A stretch of 64,000 bases of DNA from contig JAYRIP010000005.1 of assembly GCA_041906765.1 (NCBI GenBank), positions 1,581-65,580 on the forward strand, in the 5' to 3' direction. Of this stretch, positions 9,016 through 18,793 are shown one piece after another. Position numbers and translations under genes: made by a program. The notes under the pieces are model-generated. The model ran no database searches. It was given only the letters and a program-made list of their open reading frames with translations, and was not told the origin of the DNA. This stretch comes from Candidatus Saccharimonadales bacterium. GTDB taxonomy: Bacteria > Patescibacteriota > Saccharimonadia > Saccharimonadales > JAYRRP01. Within the stretch, counting starts at the first letter, position 1. Every line of letters starts with the position of its first letter.

Positions 9016-10113
9016 TTAGTGATCGTTGTGTAATTCTTCTAAAAGCTCACGTTGTTTTCTGCTCAGCTTTGTCGGGGTATCTACTAATACGGTGACAATG
9101 TGAGCTCCGCGACTCCCGCCTCGCATGTGTGGTACACCGTGATGGGACAATTTAAAATCCGTTCCACTTTGGGTGCCAGCTGGAATCTTCATAGTCACTG
9201 GACCATCCACAGTTTCTACTTCTATATGAGTGCCCAAGGCTGCGCCTACCATATCGACATGTTCCTCACTTAAAATAAGATCGCCCTCCCTGGTAAAACG
9301 TTTGTGAGGTTTTACCCGAATATTCACGTACATGTCTCCTTTCGGTCCATTTGCGACCGCCTCGCCATGTTCCCTGAGCCGAATAGTTGCACCGTCATCA
9401 ATGCCAGCCGGAATCTTTAACCCAATTGTTTGAGACTTCATCTTTGTGCCCTTACCATGACACACGGTACAGGCTTTTTCAGGAATTTTTCCTCGGCCAT
9501 GACACTTAGGACAAATGGTGGCCTGCTGTATATTGCCAAATATCGTACGTGTTACATTGACTACCTGCCCACTCCCCTTACAGGTGTCACATGTTTTAAG
9601 TTCGTACCCTGGCTCAACAGTCGTGCCTTTACAATGTTCGCAAGTATCTTCTAGGTTGAGTTTCACATCAACTTCCGTACCAAAAACTGCTTGCTCAAAT
9701 GTAAGTTCTACGCTTGTTTCGACGTCTCGCCCTCGAGCTGAGTGAGAGCGTGCCCGCGCATTATTGCCATTAAATCCACCGCCAAAAAAACTTCCTAAAA
9801 TATCGCCAAGCCCGAGGTCACCAAAGTCAAAGTGGATCTCTTGCCCTTGCGCACCTCCAAAACCAGCAAATGGATTACCATCGCTCGCCGCACTACTGCC
9901 AATGCCAGCATGCCCAAATTGATCGTAACGTTTCCGTTTGGATTCATCCTTCAGTACTTCATACGCTTCATTGACCTCTTTGAACTTCGCTTCGTCTCCA
10001 CCCTCTTTATCGGGATGGTACTGCACAGCTAAACGCCGAAACGCCTTTTTAATCTCATCAGCGCTCGCATTTTTATTTACGCCCAGTACTTCGTAGTAAT
10101 CGCGTTTAGCCAT
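9016..10113 (-). CDS. dnaJ: molecular chaperone DnaJ
   Basis: J-domain with HPD (YHPDKE), a G/F-rich region and four CxxCxGxG zinc-finger repeats. Confidence 0.95.
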   Translation of the reverse strand: MAKRDYYEVLGVNKNASADEIKKAFRRLAVQYHPDKEGGDEAKFKEVNEAYEVLKDESKRKRYDQFGHAGIGSSAASDGNPFAGFGGAQGQEIHFDFGDLGLGDILGSFFGGGFNGNNARARSHSARGRDVETSVELTFEQAVFGTEVDVKLNLEDTCEHCKGTTVEPGYELKTCDTCKGSGQVVNVTRTIFGNIQQATICPKCHGRGKIPEKACTVCHGKGTKMKSQTIGLKIPAGIDDGATIRLREHGEAVANGPKGDMYVNIRVKPHKRFTREGDLILSEEHVDMVGAALGTHIEVETVDGPVTMKIPAGTQSGTDFKLSHHGVPHMRGGSRGAHIVTVLVDTPTKLSRKQRELLEELHNDH

Positions 10114-10426
10114 TGATTATTTCCTTTTCTAGCCACTTTGTAGCATCTTTGGAAATCTTTAGTATAGGAATTGCTTCTAAGACAAAAGTGTCGTAGCTAT
10201 GAAGTTCAGTAATTTCGGCCTCAATTTTACCAACTAAATCCACTCTGGACTCCATAACTAAAAGTATTTCCTTGTCATTTTCTATCTTACCCTTCCACCA
10301 ATAGTTGGCTACAATTGGAAGCTGTTTCGCGCAGGCTACTAGACGTTTCTTAAGTAACTGGGAAGTGATTGTATCGGCCTCAGTTTCATCCTTACATGTA
10401 AGCCAAAGCTGACAAAAATCAGCCAT
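10106..10426 (-). CDS. cutA: CutA1 divalent-cation tolerance protein family
   Basis: 106 aa with the CutA-like pattern (LVACA...Y.WKG.I....E..L..K). Its start overlaps the dnaK stop by 1 nt and its stop overlaps the dnaJ start by 8 nt. Confidence 0.75.
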   Translation of the reverse strand: MADFCQLWLTCKDETEADTITSQLLKKRLVACAKQLPIVANYWWKGKIENDKEILLVMESRVDLVGKIEAEITELHSYDTFVLEAIPILKISKDATKWLEKEIING

Positions 10427-12351
10427 TATTTTTCCTTATCGTCTACAACTTCACCTTCTACCGGCTCGTTTTTATCTGTGTCACTACCTTCCGTGTCTTT
10501 GTTCGTATCTTCTGGTGACTTTGCTTCATTTTCTTTGTTCGCTTGCTCGTACATTTTGGCACCAATAGGCATAATCTTATCATTCAAGGTCTTTGTAGCA
10601 CTCTCAAGGGTAGCCTTATCTGATTTCTCGTCTTTCGCAACCTTCTTTGCCTCGTCAATTGCCTCGTTCAAGGTTTTCATATCCTCATCGGCCAGTTTGT
10701 CCTTGTGATCATTCTTCATTTTCTCAGCGTTATAAATAGTACTGTCTAAGATATTGCGAACTTCGACAGCTTCACGCTTACTCTTGTCTTCTTCGGCATG
10801 GGCTTCAGCTTCCTTGGCCATTTTTTCGACTTCTGACTTGTCCAAATTACCACTGTTTTGAATGGTTATACTTTGTTCCTTACCCGAGCCTTTGTCTTTG
10901 GCGGTAACATTAAGGATGCCGTTGGCATCGATGTTAAATGTCACTTCGATTTGCGGAACGCCACGCGGCGCTGGTGGAATGCCGTCCAATACAAACCGTC
11001 CCAGGCTTTTATTGTCAGCTACCATTTCGCGCTCACCCTGCACCACATGGATCTCAACCTGCGGCTGGTTGTCGGCAGCTGTACTAAAGACTTCGCTTTT
11101 GCTTGTGGGGATTGTCGTGTTGCGTTCAATTAATTTTGTGGCGACACCACCGAGTGTTTCAATGCCTAAGCTTAACGGAGTTACATCAAGTAACAACACA
11201 TCTTTGACGTCACCTTGCAGCACGCCACCTTGAATGGCTGCACCGATTGCAACTACCTCGTCAGGGTTGACCCCTTTGAGTGGTTCTTTGCCAAAAATTT
11301 GTTTCACCTTTTTCTGAACCACTGGCATACGAGTCATGCCGCCAACCAATACAATTGCATCGATATCAGCTGCTTTTAATCCTGCATCGTTCAGCGCCTT
11401 CTCGCACGGTCCAGCTGTCTTTTCGATAAGATCGGCTACTAATTGTTCTAGTTTTGCACGAGTGAGCTTGTGTTCAAAATGCTTCGGCCCTTCTGCATCG
11501 GCAGTTAGGAATGGCAAATTAATATCAACTTCATTGGTTGTACTCAGTTCAATTTTGGCCTTTTCAGCTTCATCGCGTAATCGCTGCATAGCTGCTTTGT
11601 CGTTCTTGACGTCAATACCTTGTTCCTTTTTGAACTCATCAGCAAAGTAATTCACCAGCACACGATCAAAGTCAGCACCGCCTAAGTGAGTATCACCATT
11701 CGTGCTCTTCACTTCAAAGACACCATCACCAAGTTCAAGAATTGAAACATCGAACGTCCCGCCGCCAAGGTCAAAGACAGCGATCTTTTCATCTTTCTTT
11801 TCTGCTTTGTCTAATCCGTAAGCCAGGGCTGCAGCCGTAGGCTCGTTGATAATACGCTTCACTTCCAGTCCGGCAATCTTGCCTGCATCTTTTGTTGCCT
11901 GGCGCTGACTATCGTCAAAATACGCGGGGACGGTAATTACTGCTTCGGTGACAGGGCTACCCAAAAAACTCTCTGCGTCGCTTTTAAGCTTGCCGAGTAT
12001 CATGGCGCTGATTTCTTCGGAGCTGTATTCTTTGTCACCCATTTTTACCTTGACACCACTGCCACTTTTGACGATTTCGTATCCCATCAGACTAAGGTCC
12101 CGTTGGACTTCTTTGTCTTCCCAGCGGCGGCCGATAAGACGCTTTACTTCATAGACTGTATTTTTTGGATTCGTAACCTGTTGTCGGCGAGCTACCTGTC
12201 CGACTAAACGCTCGCCATTCTTATTAATAGCCACGACACTTGGGGTAGTCCGAGCGCCCTCGCTGTTAGCAATAATTTCTGGCTTTCCTGACTGCATTGC
12301 AGCCATCGCGCTGTTTGTTGTTCCTAAATCGATTCCGATAATTTTTCCCAT
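10426..12351 (-). CDS. dnaK: molecular chaperone DnaK (Hsp70)
   Basis: Readable canonical motifs: [27 protein letters not shown]. Confidence 0.98.
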   Translation of the reverse strand: MGKIIGIDLGTTNSAMAAMQSGKPEIIANSEGARTTPSVVAINKNGERLVGQVARRQQVTNPKNTVYEVKRLIGRRWEDKEVQRDLSLMGYEIVKSGSGVKVKMGDKEYSSEEISAMILGKLKSDAESFLGSPVTEAVITVPAYFDDSQRQATKDAGKIAGLEVKRIINEPTAAALAYGLDKAEKKDEKIAVFDLGGGTFDVSILELGDGVFEVKSTNGDTHLGGADFDRVLVNYFADEFKKEQGIDVKNDKAAMQRLRDEAEKAKIELSTTNEVDINLPFLTADAEGPKHFEHKLTRAKLEQLVADLIEKTAGPCEKALNDAGLKAADIDAIVLVGGMTRMPVVQKKVKQIFGKEPLKGVNPDEVVAIGAAIQGGVLQGDVKDVLLLDVTPLSLGIETLGGVATKLIERNTTIPTSKSEVFSTAADNQPQVEIHVVQGEREMVADNKSLGRFVLDGIPPAPRGVPQIEVTFNIDANGILNVTAKDKGSGKEQSITIQNSGNLDKSEVEKMAKEAEAHAEEDKSKREAVEVRNILDSTIYNAEKMKNDHKDKLADEDMKTLNEAIDEAKKVAKDEKSDKATLESATKTLNDKIMPIGAKMYEQANKENEAKSPEDTNKDTEGSDTDKNEPVEGEVVDDKEK

Positions 12352-12353
12352 GT

Positions 12354-12866
12354 TTACATCTCCTCTTTATTCTTTTCGTTAATTATTCTCTGCATCTTTA
12401 CTCTTACCATTGCATGGCGGATTACTTCATCACCCAACTGATACCCGGCTTGGAGTTCTTCACTGACTACCTCCGTATCACCATCCTCATTGTCATCCAT
12501 ACTGACTGCCTCGTGCAGGCGCGGATCAAAGACCTTACCCACCGTCTCTATCCGCGTCACACCAATGTCGCTTAGTGTCTTGCCGAATTGCTTAACCACC
12601 CCCTCCACTCCTTTTACATACCCATTACCTTCCAACTCCTTTGGCACATGTGTGAGAGCACGCTCTAAATTGTCGATAACTGGCAGAAGTTCCCGTACTA
12701 CGTTTGCTTTTACAAGGGTTTTAAGATTGGCAAACTGCTCATCATGACGGCGACGCATATTGTTCGCATCAGCCCGTTCACGCTGTAATGCTTCAGTTAG
12801 CTCATCAATTTGTTGTTGCAGCTTTGCTAATTTATCAGCTGATTTGGGTTTCGCAGCTTTAGGCAT
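12354..12866 (-). CDS. grpE: nucleotide exchange factor GrpE
   Basis: Coiled-coil N-terminus and GrpE C-terminal beta domain (FDPRLHEAV...GY.L.D.VIRHAMV). It sits between hrcA and dnaK. Confidence 0.9.
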   Translation of the reverse strand: MPKAAKPKSADKLAKLQQQIDELTEALQRERADANNMRRRHDEQFANLKTLVKANVVRELLPVIDNLERALTHVPKELEGNGYVKGVEGVVKQFGKTLSDIGVTRIETVGKVFDPRLHEAVSMDDNEDGDTEVVSEELQAGYQLGDEVIRHAMVRVKMQRIINEKNKEEM

Positions 12867-13578
12867 ATAGCACCTCCTCTAACGCCTCGCCTGCCCTACG
12901 AACGAGCAACATCACATCACGGTAACTCTGTCTCGTTGGACCTAACACTCCTATATAGCTTCGGTCTGAGTAAGGACTATGGAACTTACTCACAATCAGA
13001 GAGCAGCCTGCACCTGCCCCAACTGGATTCTCGCTGCCAATATACACATTTAAAGGTTGATTCGGCGCAGCTTCACGCAGCCAAGGTTCCAAGTTATCGA
13101 GCAAACTAGCCACTTCACGTACCTGTTGGGGATGCATGAATTCCGGCTGTCCAAAAAGATTAGAAAGCCCGCTCATGTACAGTTGGTTGCCTATCGTAGC
13201 CAACCCCAAATTATGCGTTAATTCCACAAGTGTATCCACCGCATTACGAATGGTGCGCTCAGGTAGTCCGGCTCTTTCAACCCGGGCGGTTAAGGCCCGC
13301 TCAGCACGTCGCTCTGCCGGTGTCTCATCAAGATTTTCCGGTAAATTATTCACATAATACCGATACCCCTTGTCTGTGGGCACACGGCCCGCACTGGTAT
13401 GCGGCTGCTTAATCAGACCTTGGCGTTCTAGTTCGGCCATTTCGGCCCGCACGGTGGCAGAAGAAACCCCAAAAGCTTTCGCCAGCAAACTTGAGCCCAC
13501 CGGGCTCGCAACTTCGGCATATTGCTCAACGATTGCCTGTAATATCTTCTGCTGTCTTTCTGACAAATGTTCATTCAT
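12859..13578 (-). CDS. hrcA: heat-inducible transcription repressor HrcA (compact, about 239 aa)
   Basis: N-terminal wHTH (LSERQQKILQAIVEQY...PVGS..L) and the HrcA C-terminal signature GVLGPTRQSYRDVM. ATG 13578 is preferred over the track TTG at 13590. It overlaps grpE by 8 nt. Confidence 0.85.
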   Translation of the reverse strand: MNEHLSERQQKILQAIVEQYAEVASPVGSSLLAKAFGVSSATVRAEMAELERQGLIKQPHTSAGRVPTDKGYRYYVNNLPENLDETPAERRAERALTARVERAGLPERTIRNAVDTLVELTHNLGLATIGNQLYMSGLSNLFGQPEFMHPQQVREVASLLDNLEPWLREAAPNQPLNVYIGSENPVGAGAGCSLIVSKFHSPYSDRSYIGVLGPTRQSYRDVMLLVRRAGEALEEVLYA

Positions 13579-13614
13579 ATAGCACTTCAACCTACTAAGT
13601 GCTAGTGTAGCGTC

Positions 13615-13641
13615 CTAGCACTCTATAGTCAAGAGTGCTAG
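13615..13641 (-). promoter_or_regulatory. CIRCE operator (HrcA binding site)
   Basis: CTAGCACTC-N9-GAGTGCTAG is a perfect 9-bp inverted repeat matching the CIRCE consensus TTAGCACTC-N9-GAGTGCTAA at 16 of 18 positions. It lies 37 nt upstream of the hrcA ATG. Confidence 0.85.
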
Positions 13642-14390
13642 TTCGGAGCTAAATTATCTATAAATCTTAGGGTTTGTTGGTAGAGTTCCTCTGCTAAGGT
13701 ACGTGCTTTTGTTTCAGTGGTTCTGTCACGGACACTTTGATGCGCGATTCTGTGTATCATCTGCACACAATTATCAAGGTTATCATTGATAACATATACA
13801 TAATGATCATGAGAAAGTGCATCTTTGAACTCATTCGCCGCACTACGGAGGCGTCGCTGAAATTCATGCGGCTCCATCACTCCTCGCTCATGGATACGAC
13901 GTTGCCACTCATCAAAGGATGGAGGTAAAACAAATATAGCCAGCGTATCAGGCTTTAGACGCATAATATTACCAACACCAACAACTTCAATATCAGTAAT
14001 AGGGATTTTATCCTGTTCTTGGGCTTTCTCCAGTTCACATATGCTGATACCCGAAACTTGTTGTCCATGGATAATAGCTGCTTCCAGGTATCTGCCTTGC
14101 CGTAAGCCTTCTAAAAACTCATCCTCTGTCCGGAACCAATATTCTACGCCATTTTTTTCTGCCACACCGTCATTTATCCGTGGTTGACGCGTGGTGTCTG
14201 AGACGATGTAGTGATATTGGCCAGTGGCCAACAAACCCCGTATTAATGTGTTTCTGCCGCTGGAGGTAGGCGCCGCTAATAGCACTAACTTTGTCGCAGC
14301 CAGTACCTTTTTAGTTCCTTCCGAGAGATGATAATCCTGAAGTATTCGTTGAAACTCATCGAGACGATGTAAAACATTGCCGGTTTCCAT
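13638..14390 (-). CDS. guanylate kinase-like domain protein with degenerate P-loop
   Basis: The GK core is readable (SDTTRQPR..G...G..Y.F....F......G..LE......G..YG). The Walker A reads APTSSGRNT instead of GPSGxGK[ST]. The track start is TTG 14429, with an alternative ATG at 14390. Confidence 0.6.
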   Translation of the reverse strand: METGNVLHRLDEFQRILQDYHLSEGTKKVLAATKLVLLAAPTSSGRNTLIRGLLATGQYHYIVSDTTRQPRINDGVAEKNGVEYWFRTEDEFLEGLRQGRYLEAAIIHGQQVSGISICELEKAQEQDKIPITDIEVVGVGNIMRLKPDTLAIFVLPPSFDEWQRRIHERGVMEPHEFQRRLRSAANEFKDALSHDHYVYVINDNLDNCVQMIHRIAHQSVRDRTTETKARTLAEELYQQTLRFIDNLAPN

Positions 14391-14519
14391 GACACATTTA
14401 TAGCAGATAAATGTGTGTACTGGGAGCAAAATTAGAAATTATCTACTCTTTCTTCGTTGTCTTGCGTTCTACCGTGCAAAAGAGTTAGATTAAAGTGTAG
14501 CAAAAAATCGGAGAGCTAA

Positions 14520-14936
14520 ATGACTGTGGAAATTAATTACCTGGCAATTATCGCTGCAGCGGCAGTCAGTATGGCTATTGGCTTTGCATGGTATGGGCCA
14601 TTATTTGGCAAAGTGTGGGTAAAATTAGTTGGCATATCTGAAAAAGATATGCAGCAAAGTAGCACCATGCCAATGGTATTAATGGTAATCTTCAGTTTGC
14701 TTCGAGCATTTATCCTACGCCATTTTGTAGTCTACTCTACTTATTTCTACCCCTCATACTCCAAGCTCTCAGTGGGATTGATTACCGGTTTCTGGGTCTG
14801 GTTAGGGTTCGTGTTCACCGCAATAGCCGGAGCGTATGTGTTTGCCCAGCGACGGAAGAAACTCATCATTATTGATACCGGTTATAACCTCGTCAACTTG
14901 CTTGCCATTGGTGCCTTGCTGGCAGTTTGGAGTTAG
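14520..14936 (+). CDS. DUF1761 family membrane protein
   Basis: N-terminal pattern INYLAIIAAAAVSMAIGFAWYGPLFGKVW is typical of DUF1761, with 4 TM helices. Confidence 0.65.
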   Translation: MTVEINYLAIIAAAAVSMAIGFAWYGPLFGKVWVKLVGISEKDMQQSSTMPMVLMVIFSLLRAFILRHFVVYSTYFYPSYSKLSVGLITGFWVWLGFVFTAIAGAYVFAQRRKKLIIIDTGYNLVNLLAIGALLAVWS

Positions 14937-16711
14937 TCTTTTTTTAATAACACGGTGAACGCTTCAGCAGGGATATCTACTTTACCGAATCGTTTCAAAC
15001 GAGTTTTACCCTTCTTTTGTTTTGCAAGTACTTTCTTTTTACGCGTCACGTCACCGCCATAAAGTCCAGTAGTTACATCCTTGCGGTATGCGCTGAGGTC
15101 TTCCCGGGCGATGAACTTACCGCCAATAGCGGCCTGCAAACTCACCTTAAACTGCTGGCGAGGTATGACCTCTTTGAGTTTTTCAACGGTTCTGCGACCA
15201 AACGATTGTGCCTCTGTGCGGTGAACCATGACACTTAAGGCATCTACTCGTTCACCAGCTACATAAAAATCAACCCGCACTAAATCTTCCGCCCGATATT
15301 CCGCAAGCTCATAATTAAACGAACCATACCCACTAGTAATACTCTTCAATTGGTCATAAAAATCAGTGAGAAGATTGGCGAGCGGCGCCTCAAAGTCAAT
15401 CACTGCAAGCCGGGCATCCACATAAGAAAGGTTTTTCTGTACACCCCGTTTTCCGACGATAAGCTGCAAGACTGCACCTACATAATTTTTGGGTGTCACC
15501 ACTTCGCCCTTAATCCATGGCTCTTGTATCTCTCTCACTAAAGCGGCATCAGGCATGTCGGATGCGGATTTAATATCTTTGTGTATGCCACTCGTCAAAC
15601 TCAAGTGATAATCGGTAGAAGGATTGGTGACAATAAGGCTTAAATCATACTCTCTTTCCAGTCGTTCCTTAATTATATCCATGTGAAGTAGTCCCAAAAA
15701 ACCAATCCGTACGCCAAACCCTAATACCGGTGAATTTTCCGGCTCATACTGCAGAGCAGAATCACTCAAGCTAAGCTTTTCGATAGCGTCCTTCAGTTCC
15801 TGGTAAAACTCATTGCTTTCCGGAAAAAAGCCGGCGTACACGAACGGTTTCACTTCTTTATAGCCCGGTAGTGGCACATGAGAAGCATGGGCAGCTAGAG
15901 TAACCGTATCACCTACTTTTGCTTCCCTCGTACTCTTGAGATTAGTGACGATATAGCCAATTTCCCCTGTCTGAATTGAATCAGTCGGGGACATATCTGG
16001 TCTGAGTGCCCCGACTTCCAGTGCCAAGCCGTGTGCCCCAGTCGCCATCATAGCTAACTGTTCGTTCTTGCTGATCTGTCCATCCACCAAACGAACATAT
16101 AGGATAACACCACGATAATCATCATAATAACTGTCGAAAATCAACGCCCTTGTCGGCTGATCCGTTCCCCCCTTAGGCGCAGGAATATCTCTGACAATAG
16201 CTTCGAGAACTGCTTCCACGCCTTCGCCGGTTTTGGCAGAAATCAGCAGAATGTCCTCTTTTTTGCAGCCAAGTAAACTCATCACTTCAGCACTGACACG
16301 TTCCACGTCTGCCGCCGGTAAGTCAATTTTATTAAGCACCGGGATAATCTTTAGATCAGCGGCCATAGCCAAATACACATTGGCCAATGTCTGGGCTTGA
16401 ATGCCTTGGGAAGCATCCACCACCAGCAGCGCACCTTCACACGCCTCTAAGCTTCTGGAAACTTCATAACTAAAATCCACATGACCAGGAGTATCAATAA
16501 GGTTTAGTTGATAATCCCTATAGACCATTCGGACTGGTTGCAATTTGATGGTAATACCTTTTTCGCGTTCCAGGTCCATCCGGTCTAACAGTTGATCCTT
16601 CATCAACCGTTTTTCTACCGTGCCGGTTAATTCCAGCAACCTGTCAGCAAGGGTAGATTTCCCATGGTCAATATGCGCAATAATGCAAAAATTACGTATC
16701 TTCAGATTCAT
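14933..16711 (-). CDS. lepA: translation elongation factor 4 (LepA)
   Basis: IRNFCIIAHIDHGKSTLADR, DTPGHVDF, NKIDL, and the LepA-specific C-terminal domain (KRFGKVDIPAEAF). Confidence 0.95.
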   Translation of the reverse strand: MNLKIRNFCIIAHIDHGKSTLADRLLELTGTVEKRLMKDQLLDRMDLEREKGITIKLQPVRMVYRDYQLNLIDTPGHVDFSYEVSRSLEACEGALLVVDASQGIQAQTLANVYLAMAADLKIIPVLNKIDLPAADVERVSAEVMSLLGCKKEDILLISAKTGEGVEAVLEAIVRDIPAPKGGTDQPTRALIFDSYYDDYRGVILYVRLVDGQISKNEQLAMMATGAHGLALEVGALRPDMSPTDSIQTGEIGYIVTNLKSTREAKVGDTVTLAAHASHVPLPGYKEVKPFVYAGFFPESNEFYQELKDAIEKLSLSDSALQYEPENSPVLGFGVRIGFLGLLHMDIIKERLEREYDLSLIVTNPSTDYHLSLTSGIHKDIKSASDMPDAALVREIQEPWIKGEVVTPKNYVGAVLQLIVGKRGVQKNLSYVDARLAVIDFEAPLANLLTDFYDQLKSITSGYGSFNYELAEYRAEDLVRVDFYVAGERVDALSVMVHRTEAQSFGRRTVEKLKEVIPRQQFKVSLQAAIGGKFIAREDLSAYRKDVTTGLYGGDVTRKKKVLAKQKKGKTRLKRFGKVDIPAEAFTVLLKKD

Positions 16712-16774
16712 AATATCCTTTTGGTGGAATATGCGTGGCTATTATAACAGAGAAGCAATCTGACGGCTGCCGCA

Positions 16775-18367
16775 CTAAAACGGAATGCGGACAGGTTTAA
16801 GAATAATACGTTTGATACGGGCAAATACCGGCCTTGCTTCTTCAAGTCCAAATATTGATGACAAACACAGGTATACAGAGAGAGTGACGCCAGTGATAAT
16901 ACCCAATTTTGTGCCCAACGTCACAAAACCCTTGTCCCCAATAGTCAGTGGCAATATCGAAACCATAATGAATCCCGCCACCACTGCGAACCCAGTCACC
17001 GATAGTATTTTGGCACAGCCTCCCCAAAAAGCACGGTCTAATAGTTTATGGTCTTTGATGATCATGATAGTCAGCAAAATAGCTACCTCGCTCATCGCAA
17101 CGATTGACTGCGCCATAGCGAGTCCCGCCACCCCGTAAGCGGTTGGTCGTGAAAGCACATAGGCCAAAAACACATTCAAACAAATAGCGAATAGGGACAC
17201 AAACAAGGGTGTGCGGGTATCTTTCTGTGCATAAAACCACCTTGAAATCATGGTATACAGTGTGCGAAATAGAATTGCCACAACGAGATAACCAAAGATC
17301 ATGGCAATTTCGGGAGCATCCCGCGAGAAGATAAGTCGAGCTAAATAACCACGTGCAAAGTAGCTAATTACAACCACAGGAGCTACTATCCAAATCATTG
17401 CCCGCAAAATTCGCAAAAAGTCACGTCGGAACAAGTCTGGACGCCCCTGCGCAAGCCGTTCAGTCAAGCGGGGAAAAGCAGCTGTAGATATAGCAGTACC
17501 AATTAGAAGTGTCGGTGCCGTATGCAAAGTATAGGCGTTCTCATAATAACTCAAATAGCCCTCACCTAAACGACGGGCTAAATTAGTCTCAACGATACTA
17601 TTCAATGAATCAATTCCCTGATCTAATGATCGGGGAGGCAATTGACGCAGGATAAGTTTGAAATCCTTATTGCGCCAACTAATTCGCGGCCAATAGCGGA
17701 ATCCTGACCCAAAAAGACCGAGACCTGCCACACCAAGCTGCAATATTGCCCCAATCAATGCCCCGACACCAATACCGACAATACCGAGGTTATTTTTAAA
17801 TACAAAAATGCTAATAATTATAGAAAGGTTATAGAACAATGGAGCAATCGCATAAAAAAAGAACCGGCCAAAGGTTTGCTGCACACTTGTAATAATTCCT
17901 GATACTGTGAATAAGAGCGGGTTTATTGCAATCATACGCATAATGGTTGCGGCATTATGAAGCTGTTCAGGTGATAGATCAGGTGCCACTATATAGTGCA
18001 GCAATGGCTCTGCAAAAATCAGTATTATCACTGATACTATGCCCATGATAATAGAGAGTAAGTTAAGCAAACTGTCAGACAATTCCCATACACCTTTGCG
18101 ATCACCCCGTTCTAAGTGTTCTGCGAGTATCGGCATAAAGGCCACGCCCAGTGCACCAGCTGCTAAGGTGAAAAAGAAGAAATCCGGTATTTTGAAAGCC
18201 GCAAAATACGCATCGGTACTTTGTGGACCTGTAGCTGCAAAGTTTGCATTAACAATCTTGGTTCGCAAAAAACCAAGGATTTGCCCGATCATAGACGTAC
18301 CAATAAGGAGGGCAGCCGCGCCGCCTAGAGAAACGCGTTTATTAGCTCGTCTAAGAAACCGGTTCAT
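16775..18367 (-). CDS. murJ: lipid II flippase MurJ (MviN family)
   Basis: 530 aa, about 14 TM helices, with N-terminal MurJ-like motifs (GQILGFLRTKIVNANFAATGPQSTDAYFAAFKIPDFFF). Confidence 0.85.
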   Translation of the reverse strand: MNRFLRRANKRVSLGGAAALLIGTSMIGQILGFLRTKIVNANFAATGPQSTDAYFAAFKIPDFFFFTLAAGALGVAFMPILAEHLERGDRKGVWELSDSLLNLLSIIMGIVSVIILIFAEPLLHYIVAPDLSPEQLHNAATIMRMIAINPLLFTVSGIITSVQQTFGRFFFYAIAPLFYNLSIIISIFVFKNNLGIVGIGVGALIGAILQLGVAGLGLFGSGFRYWPRISWRNKDFKLILRQLPPRSLDQGIDSLNSIVETNLARRLGEGYLSYYENAYTLHTAPTLLIGTAISTAAFPRLTERLAQGRPDLFRRDFLRILRAMIWIVAPVVVISYFARGYLARLIFSRDAPEIAMIFGYLVVAILFRTLYTMISRWFYAQKDTRTPLFVSLFAICLNVFLAYVLSRPTAYGVAGLAMAQSIVAMSEVAILLTIMIIKDHKLLDRAFWGGCAKILSVTGFAVVAGFIMVSILPLTIGDKGFVTLGTKLGIITGVTLSVYLCLSSIFGLEEARPVFARIKRIILKPVRIPF

Positions 18368-18463
18368 TCAGAGGTAATTATAATGGGCTCTGCAGAGACT
18401 ATCTAGTATAAAGTCTCAATATCCATCATTTTCAATATTGAAATTGTTATAATTACGGATAAC

Positions 18464-18640
18464 ATGAGCCTAAAACTATTTAAGAAGAAACTAGTAATTT
18501 TATTGGTTGCGTTGGCGCTTATTGTCATCGGGCTGATTCTTTACATTAAAAGTATGTCACCTGTGAGTAAGAATGAGCTCCCTTGTGAGACTGGCATAGG
18601 ACCGACAAAAAAGCTGGCCCCTCCAGAAGCGTGCATATAG
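18464..18640 (+). CDS. 58-aa single-TM peptide (not in ORF track), hypothetical
   Basis: Manual translation gives MSLKLFKKKLVILLVALALIVIGLILYIKSMSPVSKNELPCETGIGPTKKLAPPEACI. It is divergent from murJ. Confidence 0.3.
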   Translation: MSLKLFKKKLVILLVALALIVIGLILYIKSMSPVSKNELPCETGIGPTKKLAPPEACI

Positions 18641-18649
18641 CAGACTTAG

Positions 18650-18790
18650 GACATAGGGGAGCGCCTCGACATTTCAGGAAGAGAAGCACCGGTTCGCATT
18701 AGCGAATCCGAATTCACTTCGGAAGGTGCGATGAGAAACCCGAACCTCTAGGATCCTGAGCCTGCGAAAGGGAAGAGGTTGGGGTGTCTC
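18650..18790. ncRNA. candidate structured RNA or convergent terminator region (class unknown)
   Basis: Nested complementarity in a 150-nt non-coding gap. GCACC 18686-90 pairs with GGTGC 18725-29, enclosing the hairpin GGTTCGC-ATTA-GCGAATCC (18691-18709) and a C-UUCG-G loop. AACCTCT 18743-49 pairs with AGAGGTT 18774-80. Confidence 0.2.
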
Positions 18791-18793
18791 ATT

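Noticed and set aside
10478-12154. Several plus-strand ORFs (76-123 aa) lying inside dnaK.
   Set aside because: They are antisense to an unambiguous dnaK reading frame. Their translations are low-complexity and Ser/Leu/Ala-rich, typical of the mirror frame of a conserved gene.
18650-18790. Possible SRP (4.5S) RNA or tmRNA 5' end. Cues were two GGAA-containing hairpin candidates, AGAAGCACC resembling GGAAGCAGCC, and a GGGGAGCGCCUCGAC start.
   Set aside because: The conserved SRP helix-8 strings (UCAGGUCCGGAAGGAAGCAGC with correct pairing) are not present. The region is too short for tmRNA and lacks a tRNA-like 3' end. It is kept only as an unclassified structured region.
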